The position numbers were made by a program, and so were the translations under genes. A DNA stretch of 64,000 nucleotides from Tubulanus polymorphus (lineage: Eukaryota; Animalia; Nemertea), in the NCBI RefSeq assembly GCF_964204645.1, contig NC_134027.1:20484560-20548559 (forward strand). The letters are read 5' to 3'. Shown here one piece after another: positions 13,149 through 25,739 of the stretch (position 1 is its first letter; every line of letters begins with the position of its first letter). The notes under the pieces are model-generated. The model searched no databases. It saw only the letters and a list, made by a program, of their open reading frames with translations, and was not told where the DNA came from.

Positions 13149-15132
13149 GTACTAACAATAAATATGTAGTGGAAACTAAGTGAAAACTTGCTTAAATTTC
13201 ATTTTTGAAATCCATGAAAAGCATTTATAGTGGTCAGAATTCACGTGACTGATCAGCTCAAAGATAACAATTTAACTTGGATATTTGTGGAAACATTTTG
13301 CTAATCCTATAGCCACTTTTACACTACATTATTTACAGCTTTCTAAATTTAGTCAGTTTCTATCAAGAATGCACCAAGCATTCTTAATCTTAGTGAATAA
13401 CATTGGTGAAGATTACATTCTGAATTGGTCTGTCCTTTTTTTGAAAGTACCAATTTAGAGTGACCAAAAAAAATCTTCCTGGTCCGTTGTCAGTTTTAGA
13501 ATGGACCATTTCAGCGTGTGTGAATAATATTTTTCGTCTGTCAAAGGGTCACGTCTAGTTGGACCGGGTGATAACAGCTGACTGAATGATGTGTGTGAAT
13601 ACGCAGCATTGATTTGGTCCCTTCTAAATTGACTGATTCCAGGAGCGACGGTACTAGAACCGCTGACTAACCAGTAATAGTGTGAAGGCGACTTGTATAT
13701 AAATGATAATCTATCACTCTCAAGTCAGACCAAATTTCATGGTCCAAGAAGATCCTTATCAGAGCTGTAACCAAGTGAAACATGGTTCACTGTTATTGGT
13801 TGAGAGTGGGTTGAACGAAAAATTTGATTGGATTGAATGGTCTCGCTGATTTGTTGGCTTTCAACTTGATTTCTATAGATTGATAAATTAAGCAAGTTTA
13901 AACTTATTACCTATAGTTCTGGTTATTGCTTATATTCCTTCCGCGACAATTTGGTGAATGGTTCTATTTAGAATATGTTTTGTCATATCGCGAACTATCA
14001 TTATTTGTCGAATCTTCCGAGGGAAAATTTTGCTGATGTTTTTGTTGCTTTTTTGCGATAAGCCTGGTTTTTATCTTCACGGAGCCAGTTTTATAGATGG
14101 TCGATACGTGATGATCGAAATAGCTATTTGTACATTGACCGAGAACATAATATCATAATATAAGTGGTTCCTATCCCCTGATCAAAAATAAATCTTTGAA
14201 ATATCATTTTTTTAAAATTTTGGTACAGATTTTTAGTCTTGGGATAAAAAATCAGACAAATCACACATCTAGACAAGCTGAAATTGACCTTTCGGATTCA
14301 TTTGGAATTTCATTTGTCATTCATTAGATTTGAAAAAATTATTGAGACCGAAAAAATTCCGGCGGTGAAGTCATACTGTCATATACTCTAAAAATTTATT
14401 TCACTTATGAGAAAAGATGAATCAAGTTTAATTGAAATATAGAAGGAAATTGAAGCGTAGGAACCCAGTGCCACGAACGATCCTGGCAGATTATCGCTGA
14501 ATCCTTGCTTGCCACTGTAGCATTGCCGGTATCCCATTGCAAATGAATTGTGTCAGATGTTTAGATGTGTTAAAGATGATTTCAGTCAATAAAACCAGCC
14601 TCTATTATTTTTTATGACGAAAATGTAAAAAAGTTTATTAAAAGGACATGAGAAATAAAATCCAAAAATTCCAGCCTTCATCAGTCTGGCCCTAGGCTAA
14701 GTGAGATTCATTTTGGTCGGTCAAAAATGTTGATCATTGTGTAATCCAGTCCGATCTATAATAAAGCTGGCTCCTATTATTTATGAAACATAGCAACGCT
14801 TATTGCCAGTAGATAATTAGATCAAACGGCAATTAAGGACGTAGACCTAGCGGATCCTATCAACTCGGATGTGATTAGGTTCTAAAGTCGAGAAGCGTGC
14901 GTCTCTCTTTCGTTGATAATAAATATGCGAGATTCATCTCATCTCTGGTTAAAGCACATATTGTATCCACACGAAATAACACTCGCTATTAACCAGGTGT
15001 AAACACCTACAGTGCACGTACCTGATCGACATTCTTTATTTCCACCGAGCTGACGTTTCCGTATCTTGACTAAGGGGCCATCTCGAAATATCAACACCAT
15101 GTAAATGTTACCCGCCAGTTATTTCGTTACTC

Positions 15133-15461
15133 CATGGTTCCCACAGAACAGGAAAATTGGGAAAAACTCGGAATTTTGAAATAATAATTCCGGGTTTGGA
15201 AATATTTGGGATTTTGAAAAATTTTCCTTATATCAGGGAAATATTTGGGAAATTCATTACATTTCACATATTGCATTTGCCAAGGGCAACTTTCTTCAGC
15301 AGTTTCCCTTGAAAATCACCTTTATCAACCAGTCACCGCTAAAATGTTGACTGTAGCATGACGATATGTGTTCATTTCCATTTGGGAAAATTGAAAAATC
15401 ACCGATGAAATACCTGGGAAAAACCTGGGAATTTTGAATTCATATAACTGTGGGAACCATG
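15133..15461. mobile_element. MITE with 14-bp perfect TIR and 6-bp target duplication
   Basis: TIR catggttcccacag, TSD ttactc both sides, subterminal gggaa repeats. Confidence 0.9.
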
Positions 15462-16155
15462 TTACTCTTTCCCGCTAATGAATTCCACGTCATGGAAAAC
15501 GTTTTGATTTTCAAATCTTTTATATGGAACTGAGAGGCAAAGAGCAACTGTTCCTGAATTTCAGTATTTCTTTTTTTATAACGAGAAATAGGGCCTACTG
15601 ATTTGATTTGTTTGATGCATACAGAAATATGAAGAATGGTACTGAAGGTCTCACTGTCGATTACTACAAAATTTGAACTTCTTCCTTCCTATTTCAATGA
15701 AAAGTTACTGAAAAGTTCATGTGTTTGAATCCTGATCGTATCAGTCAATCTGTGTTTCGCCCATTGGTCTCATCCAGGGTTCATCATATATGCTAGATGA
15801 GTTATGTAGCCAAGGCTCTCTGAATTCTCTCTCCTCTCCCTTAATTAGAACATAAGAAACCTAGAATCTGTTGGGCAGTTGGGCCCAGTGGGTTGATACA
15901 TTCATCGAGACCAATGCTTAGGAATGTTTTCCCTCAGCCTCGGGCTGAGAAGTAAAGCAGGATGTGACCGAAATATTTCAAACATCTCCACAGGCTATTG
16001 GCGGAGTGGAGTGTTGATAATTTGAGACAGTCCCGGAGATATTCGAGGCACCGCTTGTGAAATAACAACTATGATTTATCAACTGATTTGCAGTTGACAG
16101 TTTGCGCTTGACAGTTCAGTGGGTTGAATTGTCTAATATATTTGAAATTTTTCAG

Positions 16156-16179
16156 ATGATAAATCCTGACACGATACCA
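16156..16179 (+). CDS. PIEZO: candidate Piezo microexon MINPDTIP, 24 nt, phase 0-0
   Basis: aatttttcag acceptor, CCA|gtaagt consensus donor, frame-preserving. Confidence 0.7.
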
Positions 16180-16854
16180 GTAAGTGTGCATCCGGCATGC
16201 GAAATATTCTGTCTTTTAAGCTGATATTTTGCATGTTTTGACATTTGAAAATGTAGTAGTTATTTTTTATTATCACCAGTTGCTGAAAGGATGTCAATTA
16301 AAAAAGAAGTTACGTCTAAGAGTTAGAATCAGTTGGAGCCAAGAGTTGAATTCAATAATCTTCAAATTTTAATCTAAGGGTTCCCATAGAATAGCTCTAC
16401 AACCATATCAAGATCCAAGCTGGGGGCACACAAGGGTATACACACGATCATGGCGATTAAATTCATCAGTGAATTTATAAGCCTGATTATGAACAGGCAC
16501 ACGTAGCGATCAATATCGATATCCTGACACCATGCCGCTTATGGCAGCCATTTCAACAAATCACATGATATCAACAATATTGATGAAATATTTATCGCTC
16601 AACAGAATATGCGAAGTACGTGCAGACTAGCGAATTTGCAAGCGATATGTTTGATAAGGGCCTTTCGCTAAGTGAGTTGGCCGACCAAATTTATCGGTGT
16701 CACCCCGAAAGGCGTGAGGCTGATTTTTTCGAAGTGAATTACTTAATTTGCCATGATCGGCGGAAAATTTTGCTGGTGTGCCCCTACTTTCAAACCTAAC
16801 TCCATGAGCCAGTGAGAACATGCATTGGAAATTTGATTATTGCTAATTCAACTA

Positions 16855-17165
16855 GTTTGTAAACAATTGAGGTAAGACTGACAGCATGCTGTTGAAACGT
16901 TGATTGACATTCTACAACCTTTGAGCAACGTTTAACTAGCATGTTAACAATTGAAGTAGGATTGACATTTTATTGAAACATGAATGATGTTCAACAACCT
17001 TTGAGCAATGTTTAACTAGCATATGTTAGCAATTGAATTTAAAAAGACAGCTCATAATTAAAAACATTGATCGTATTTCAACATCCTTTGATTCATGTTT
17101 TACTACTTTCAACAATTATGTTATGTTTATTGAAAAATTAACTGATATGAAACATCCTTTTAAGC
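16855..17165 (+). repeat. degenerate tandem repeat, ~80 bp unit
   Basis: recurring acaacctttgagcaa..tttaactagcat..ttaacaattga. Confidence 0.65.
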
Positions 17166-18387
17166 AACTGGTCTTAAATCAGAAACAATGTTGTCCTAGT
17201 GTCTTGTTTAGAATTTTTCAAAATTCTCATATTGCTGTTTGATGCATCATTTTAACGCGCATGATTTTAGAAATTCAATTCTTTAGTCACAAAAGAATCG
17301 ACTGATTTTAAATCATTGATCACATTAATTGAATCGACTTGCAAGTTTTTTGAAAAGATTTGATTCTCATTCTTTACTAGGCTTAATTTCAATGATTTTC
17401 AAAGATTTTCTGGAACAATAAACTAATCTAACAATTCCACGGTAGGAAATCCTGCCACAGTCAAACATTAATTTGTATTTCATGTTTCTGCTATTCCTTT
17501 GTTACTGTCCTAGTAATATGTAAAGTCTCACAGAAGATGGATTTGATAACCTTATGATATGGCAGGCTTTCAGATGTTTAAATCTCTGCTGCAAATACCG
17601 ATGTATCTGCTACCAATATTCTATGTGTATATCATTCATCTAAACATGATATGCGATTTTATGTATCTGGACTTATGCAGGCATCAGTCTGCAGCCTGGA
17701 CTGCCATTAAATGTATTTCATCCAATTTTTTATCATCTTGACTTCCATGTGTTCAGAACTTGCAGTTCAGAAATCGTTTATCGAAAAAGGACTGCCTGTC
17801 TGTGGCATTTGACATTTATCACCACACTTTTCTAGACTTCAAATGTTGAACTTATGAAAGGCCGGTTTCAGACGGTTTCATCAAACGTTCATGCATATTA
17901 TATGTATTGCTTGTTCTAGATGCTTATCATCTTTATTTCTGATAAGACCTAATGACAGTACCTGTGTTGTTAATATGCTATGTATGTGTTCAGTAAAAAG
18001 CTTACACTGCAGATCTTTGATCTTTAATTCAAGGGATTGCCTTGTAGAGTCTACAGCTGCCAAATGTCCATTATCTGGTGGCCTTGATAGAAATAGCTTA
18101 TTTCTATGTACATCCATAAAACGTATCCCTGAAGTAAACTCTGTCCATTCCGGTTTGTGAACTGTATTGATGAACCAGGCAATTCATATGATAAACCATC
18201 GACTGATATTAGAGACCATGAGTAGTAACTGTCCTGTATTCTACTTCCATGGATGTATGAATTGTACTGGCTCTTGATATCATTCATAAATTTTCCTAAT
18301 TTCACGTGATTTGTAGACAATTTTTTCCAATTCATAGATTTTAAATTCCGATTCATGTAGTCTGTCATGATATGAATGATTCATATA

Positions 18388-18677
18388 CAGAGGCAGATCC
18401 AGGGTCCAAGGAAATGGGGCCTCCACTTGAGAAATTTTAGACCTGTTTCTGAGTAATTTCATTGTTCACATACGCAATGATTTTTTATATCTTCTGGAAT
18501 TGGTAGAACTGCTGATTGCTGTGACAAAATTTTAGTACTTTTTCAGTTGTTCAATCTTAATTTCAATCTGCTTCAGAAAATATTCAGTCCGGAATATATG
18601 AGGATTGAATTTTAATGGTCCTCGACATTTGAGGGGGGTGCCCAAGACCCCCCACGAATACCCTGGATCGGCCACTG
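18388..18677. mobile_element. MITE (CAG-ended, hAT-like TIR)
   Basis: cagaggcagatccagggt...accctggatcggccactg; TSD not clear; similar element at 28952-29236. Confidence 0.65.
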
Positions 18678-18996
18678 ATGATTATGATTCCAAATGTAGA
18701 CTTTTTGATTACTTGGATATGGATTTGAAATAAATAAGGGTAAAGGGAAGAATTAAAAAATCTTTCGAACGATTTCTTTTTCATATAAATTCTACATCAT
18801 GGAAATAGTGAAAATAGTGTTGAACTGAGTTCAAATGATGGGAAAATCTTTAATTGATGAACTTTTTAATTGATGTTTGTGGCAGAATTCTGGGCAGCGG
18901 ATCCGTAATTTGAAAAGAGCTTTATCCTATGTACCTGGAAAATTGAATCGAAGAATTGAAATCGATTTTCATCGTTGTTATATTTTTTATTTGTAG

Positions 18997-19059
18997 AATA
19001 CGGCTGAGGCGAGGTCCGGTTTCCGACGATTCACGGCGTCGCGCGATTCAGATCGACAG
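18997..19059 (+). CDS. PIEZO: candidate Piezo exon NTAEARSGFRRFTASRDSDRQ, 63 nt, phase 0-0
   Basis: tattttttatttgtag acceptor, CAG|gtact donor, CpG-rich like the other exons, frame-preserving. Confidence 0.75.
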
Positions 19060-19914
19060 GTACTCAAACGGGAGGGTGATGTACACTCCGCTGAGGTTAG
19101 ATTTTCAACAACGCTCCGAACAAAATATGATTTTTATCGCATGGATCTAGATGTTAAATTTGTTTATTACCTAAGTAGGAAGCTATCTAGCGAAGGGACC
19201 ACAAGGCTACCTCATTTCAGCCCAGAAGGAATTTGCTGTTCTTATGAAATACACTAGATCGCATTCAATCTGGATCATGACCGATGAGATTGACCAGGCT
19301 TAAAAATTGACGTGTTTTTATTGATAGACCTTGTAGAATATCTGGATTAGTTCTATATAGGTCTCTGTATGTGTAAGAGATTTCCTCCTGTGGCAGGTGA
19401 GGTACCCTGATTTCGTCCCTGTGCCCATCTCATGATAGTTTACGTTAGTGTCTGTGTAGAGGATAAAAAAATGAAAAGATCATTTAAAAGGATACTCTCT
19501 ACACTCAAAAGCTATTAGTGGTTTATTTCGATTATTTACCACAGATAATTGTGGTTTGAGTGAAATCATTTCACTGATTAGCATGACTAATGTTACTGCG
19601 AATGACATTACGAGTATGCATAAGTCTTACCAGTATAAGTCTGATTTATATTTGAGTGGGATTTGAATTCAGTCCCGATTGCATGTAGAAAGTATTGCTT
19701 CCATAAGGCCCAGTTCAATAATGAATTATAACTAGTTGCCAAGCACTACTGTTGGTTTCAACAATCTGGATTGTTGGTTCGACTCATGACATCATGAAGC
19801 ACTGGGCAGTTTGGATCAAGTATAAAATATGGTAATAAATTCCCTCATTGAGGGAGCTTTAGATAAAATTAATGAGTGATTCGGTTCATAATTCTGTATT
19901 TGAATGATAACATC

Positions 19915-20675
19915 GGCAATCCTGACATACCGGCAATCCGACAATCCCCACATTCCGACATACCGGCAATCCGACAATCCCCACATTCCGACATACCGGC
20001 AATTCGACATACCACCATCCCAGCACCTCTACAGGCGATTATTAGGAACCAAACACCCTACAATCCCAGCATCTTTGTACAGGGGAACATTAGGAACCAA
20101 ACACCCCATGATCCCAGCACCTCTGTACAGGGGAATATCAAGAACCAAACGACCCACGATACCTGCCCCTCTGTACAGGCGAATATTAAGCCGGGCGTAG
20201 GCCGGCCTTGCGACGCGACGCGATCGTCGTGTTGCGTCACAAGTGGCCGCGCAAGTCGGTTGCGATGCGGATGTCAGCGACCGTGTGCGACTAGTTGCTG
20301 CCAGTCGCAACAGCACGCAGGTCGGGACGGTCGTGTCGCGTCGCAGAAAGTAGAACATGTGCGACTCAGTCCCAAGGTAGCGTTAGTCGGTGAGTCGTTG
20401 CGACGCGATCGTAGCTGGCGGTCGCAGTGAATCGCGTCGCAGTGAGTCGCAAGCTGTCGCAAGGCCGACCTACGCCCGCCTTTAGGAACCTAACACATAG
20501 GTTTGCAGGATTGCCGGAGTGCCAGTTTGTCGGATTGTCGGGAGTGCCGGTATGTCGGATGTCGGGAGTGTTGGTATGTCGCGAGTGGCCGTATATCGGG
20601 AGTGTCGAGATTGCCGGTATGTCGGGAGTGTCGGATTGTCGGTATGTCGGGAATGTTGGGAATTTTAAGATTGGC
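19915..20675. mobile_element. foldback-type DNA element (ggcaat terminus) hosting a Harbinger MITE
   Basis: left ccgacataccggcaatccgacaat repeats inverted against right gtcgggagtg/ccggtatgtcgg repeats; internal ~45-bp tandem repeats. Confidence 0.75.
20189..20481. mobile_element. PIF/Harbinger-like MITE
   Basis: ~26-bp TIR agccgggcgtaggccggccttgcgac, TTA duplication; GC-rich gtcgc repeats. Confidence 0.88.
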
Positions 20676-21491
20676 AGATCTTTAGTCAGCATTGTGCATA
20701 TTATTACGTCAGGTAAAAAGGCCATTGGACGACTTTTCCATATTTTATACTTGAGCCGGCATTTTAAGTCCAAATTTAATTTGAATGTGCATGAGCAGGG
20801 CCAGTAATATTCCGAACCAAATCATGAATATGATTCTAACAATGATTATTTATGAGAAGCAACTATCATGAGATGGAAGATGAAATCTTTCAAATAAGCT
20901 TGGAATATTATGTCTTTTTTGAGTTTACTAATCAACATATGTCACCTAATTTACTAATGTTTAATTATTCGGAGTTATTGAAACACAGTACCTTTATTGG
21001 ATATCCCTTTAGCCCATTAAGCAGTTTTTAAGAATAACATGATATAGACAGGTGTCGCAATCTCTGTGGTAACATTCATTCTAATGGGTTACTGCTTTGA
21101 AATGATATATAGACATTGTTGCAATCTTTATGGTAAAGTTTAATCCAGTAGGAAGCAGGCAATCAATTTGTACTGTTATGCAATTTTAAAAGCACCAATG
21201 CTTACCTTTGCAATACAATACTTTCTGGAATACAGAGGTTGATTACTCCATGAATAGTTAAATGCTGGAATTTAACTCTGAACACTCCTCTAACCTTGGT
21301 GTGGGTTTTTTTCATTGAAAACACCTTAATCACTAGCCAGTACTGCTTTCATGCCCTTGCTATGCGGTGTTTTTACTGAATTGGGCCTATGTTCCTTTGC
21401 TGATAAAAACTGGCTTAGATTATTAAATTGAATTATTTAATTCAAGTTTTTAAGTTAATACCTATTCATTTCGTTGTCATTGCATCAAAAG

Positions 21492-21560
21492 ACGGAATTA
21501 AGTTTATTGATGTCCACTTCCACCTCTCATGGCTCGGTTAACCGATCTGTACCAGACAAG
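21492..21560 (+). CDS. PIEZO: candidate Piezo cassette exon TELSLLMSTSTSHGSVNRSVPDK, 69 nt, phase 0-0
   Basis: cattgcatcaaaag acceptor (weak), AAG|gtaagc strong donor, open frame. Confidence 0.6.
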
Positions 21561-24500
21561 GTAAGCACTCTATCCCCTACAACGCCTCCATCCATCAAGT
21601 ATGTTTGTTAATTTTTTGGGAAAATCTCCAGCACTCTCCCAAATTTGCTGGCTGCAGAATAACATATCTTTGACTCCTTTGAGCCAAATATTTTGGACAT
21701 CTAGTACATGTAAAATGTGATTAGTCCAAATGATTCAAAACTAAGCATACTCTCTGCATATGTGCTCGATACATGATTAAAATCCGAAAGCCATACCCTA
21801 ACCCTTTCGAGTTCGTTGCATATTACTGAAAATCATGGGCTCCTTGCTCATGAGCTTTTACATTTTGTACGTTTTGCAACTAAATCTTTGAAGATACATG
21901 CTTGTGATTCTTTCTCGTGAAAGATTCTTTCCCTGTTTTTTTTCTTATGGAATGAAATACCAACCTTATGTATTTTGAATATGGACATCAATGGTTTTCC
22001 ACATATTTGGGTCATTATATAGTTTTAATCCCATGTGTGTTCCGTGCCAATAAGTCTGACCCGTCCTCCACACTCCTGCCAGCATTTACAAGCTCACTGC
22101 GCAGTCTAGACCTGATCCATTGACTTGAATACTGATATACTTTATAGATGGTGCCCGAATCAGAAAAATATTGATATATATATATACATAAAATAATAAA
22201 CTCATAAATATTTTTGAATGAATAATTCTATATTTATCCAAATATATTGTTTTATTTTTGATAGCGTTTGATCTGCTGGTTTTACAGTTGTGCAATGGCC
22301 TACATATGAAATCACTCCTAGGGGCCAACTCACTCCAGGGGTTTTATAGGCCAATTCAGATAGACTGGTTTTAACTTTAATCTGTTGACCTTGGGTTAAC
22401 TCACTTTCTACAAAACAGACCCTGACACTTATGTTAAACTGTTCTATTTAATCAGCCAATGGGTTAACACAATTCACTATCCGTGTCAAAGGACAGTATC
22501 AGGCTAGTTGCTCAAAATTTGGTTAAGGATAACCAGTGGATAGTTGACACAGTGATAATTGAAAGTTCATTGTCACTATGGTATTTATGCCCTGTTTATC
22601 TTAAACCAACTTTTGAGCAACTGAGCAGTTGACACTGGTCCATAGGACTGGGGTTTACTCGATTCCCTAACATCGCTAAAACTAGTCCTTAAAACATGAT
22701 CAAGTTAAAACTGGTCCATATAACCTCCCCCGTTGGGTGGAACAGACCTGACTGCAATACTATTTGAGAGTAGTTACTACTCTTATACGAGCTCATTTAC
22801 CACCAAAATTATCAAAATACTCTCAAAATCAGAATTTGGTGAAAACTTTGCAAAGGGAGACACCACGGTAGTCAGGTCTGGTGAAGTCAATTCACTAATC
22901 CACTAATAGTCAAGTAACTTAAATCTTAGTCAGTGAATAATCAATCTGTGACTATACATTATTGTGAAAAAAATGCCAGACTCGAGTGAACTCTGCTGTA
23001 AAACTGGCATCTCAATTTATATTTGTATGTGTAAATGTGTATGTTAGAATTACTTATTTCACTTTTTGGTTGCAAATTTTCTGTTTCATACGCTACTAGA
23101 TCCATGCTTGATGCTATACTGTTGTACGCATTCGATGTAAAAATTTGGTTTGGAAAACATTGATACTGGTTTCATGCATGTGTTCAAAAATTAACTGCTT
23201 GTAGTCAGTGTTTTAGGGTTTTGACTGTATGAAAATACAACCGTACCCAATTCGACAATTATGCTTTAACCCATTAGCACTCAGGCATTTCACAATGTAG
23301 TGTCTATTATTCCTCAAATATTTCATGGGAAAATTCACGTTTACCATGATAGAAAAATAGCCAATTTCCAGTTGATTTTCATGTCATACAAGTCAGTGTT
23401 ATTTTGTTCTTAACAGACTATGCTTTCATATGATATAAGATTTGATGCGGTGGGCCACCAAAATTGTGACCTTTTACCCCCCCCCCCCTCGCCAAATTCA
23501 TTCAGACTTACTTGGATATAAGTGAGCGGTCTAATCAGTCATGTTTCTCAAGAATTTCAGATAGGAAGATGTTGATTTTTGTACAGAATTTTGACGTCTT
23601 GGGTGTCTAGTTTATCCTAATCTCATGGTTTCGAATCCCACCGTAACTGTTTTTGTGTAGCAGAAAAACGCGGGTGGATTAGTGTGGCTTGAGGAGTAAT
23701 AGGCAGGGCAGATGCAGGAGTGGTAAAAAGTTAATTACTTTTGACTCGGGATTCTTGAGCCAAATCGAACTTGTTTCTGCTAAACTGGCTGTAGGAGGCC
23801 AGATCCCAGACCGTTTATCAGATCGACTTCGCTTTTCATTACAGTTTCATTAGTTTTACGTTATCATGACTTTTTAATGAAATTTTAAGTTGTTCCATAG
23901 AATATCCCCCCTGTAAAGTCATCAAGACATAATGTTAGTTTATGTTCAATTATTTTTACGAATTCATCTCAAATCTTACAAACTTTGTTCAGTTTTATTA
24001 TGTAGGCCCTATGTAATTATAATCGTTAGATACAACTTTTCTGAAGTGCAGTAATTTCTAATAGTTTCCCTGCAAAACTTAAGTACTTTTTGGAGTCACA
24101 TTTTTTGGCCAAGATAGCTACCTTTTTACTCATGTTTAGTGTAATATAGTATGTAGCTTTCAGGGTAGAGGAATATTTTGAAAATATCTCGGTACTATAG
24201 AATCACTTTAGCAACTCTTTCCCTCAGAGGAATATTTTCATCTAATCCTTTTCTATCGATTTGTTCATTTTAAGTTCATTTTAATCACTGAAAGGAATTG
24301 GGATTTTAATGCTTCATAATTCAACCTTCGTCGGGGATTCAATTTTTTCTCGATATTAGTTGCCGATGAGTTTCGTTCGAGTATTATTTGCATGGGAATT
24401 GTAATTATGCTTTAATTATTGTTCCGATGGTTCGTTCATTTATCACGTAGAAAATTGCCTTATATCTTTTTCCGACATATTTTAAGAGCACTTTGTCATC

Positions 24501-25718
24501 CTCTCGAGGTTCAAATCCCTGCAGCGGGTGATGATGGGTCCACTGAGCAGGATTTTGTTTGTGTTAGTTTCCATGAATCCCTGCTGCAGTGTCGTATTCT
24601 TTATTGGTCTCCGAAATTTCCATCTGAAATCTTCAGTTTGGCACCACATATAGCCGAAACAAAACCAACACCACCAAATGAAGAGGTATATTTGTTGAGA
24701 ACAAACTGATAAGCTTATATGGTTTACTCAGTTTAAGCACGGGACAGCGGAACGATTTTTTCTCGCGATTTTAGTGCGACTGAGAAATCACTTGAAATTC
24801 GCAGCGAGTTGTCACTCGTCTGCCGGTTCATGCGACTGATTTCAGTCTTCGATGCAAGCGACGAGTTGCTCAGTATCCAACATGTTTGATATTGTGTGAC
24901 GGAAAATTGCACGTTGCAGTAAAATCACTCATCAATTGGTCCTTGTGCGGCAACTTACTAGCAACAGGACGCGACAGGAAAATAATTTCTCAGCCAATCA
25001 GCGACCTCCGTTATCGTGCAGTACTTCCAAGATGGTTTCATGTGATTATTTCGTCCCATGTAAGTGCACACATAGTCACTGGTTTGTCCCAGCTTTGACT
25101 GCACCCGATGGCAGATTGCTGCGACCGGCGATTAATCGTCGCTCGTCTGCACCCGGGTTTAGAGACTCAGTTTTGAAACCCGTTTATGTGACGTAAATAA
25201 AACTTTTAAAAAGCAACGAGTACCTGTATGTTTGAATATGCTGCTGCCATCTTGGTTGAGTTGGTTCAAACCTGCCGACTGCTTCTCGAATGGTTTGGTC
25301 AATTTGCTCAAACTGGTAAGCTTTATGACTAATTTGCCGGTTTAAAAGCTGGTCTAGACAAGAGCGATTTTTCAGTTAGCCTAATCACTTTGCTCTTAAC
25401 AAATGCACCTATGGTTTTGGAAGCTCCAAATAGTTGCGTGATAAGAGATAGAGAAAGATTAGGCCACCAGATTCTCTGTTCACCCGAGGAGGATAGCATG
25501 TGTTAAATTTAAGATAATGTACTTAGACCCCATTAGAGGCATGTAATAAATTTATCACCCTAATGATGATTCAAATCAATATTTTTATGAATGTTTTTGG
25601 AAGAAATTCTGCGAAAATTTTATTACTCCTTCATAATTTCTTGATTAATTTTGCTGTTGCTCGCCGATCTTATTTTCAAGCTGAGTATATAACATATTTT
25701 TGTTTGTTGTCGATATAG

Positions 25719-25739
25719 GAATTGGAGTTGATGCCTCCT
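25719..25739 (+). CDS. PIEZO: candidate Piezo microexon ELELMPP, 21 nt, phase 0-0
   Basis: tttttgtttgttgtcgatatag acceptor, CCT|gtaagt consensus donor, frame-preserving. Confidence 0.65.

Noticed and set aside
19816-20807. Dense stack of long ORFs on both strands
   Set aside because: By-product of GC-rich tandem and inverted repeats in nested transposons; peptides are repetitive
23595-23645. tRNA-like B-box (ggtttcgaatcccacc)
   Set aside because: No complete cloverleaf or clear A-box; at most a decayed SINE fragment
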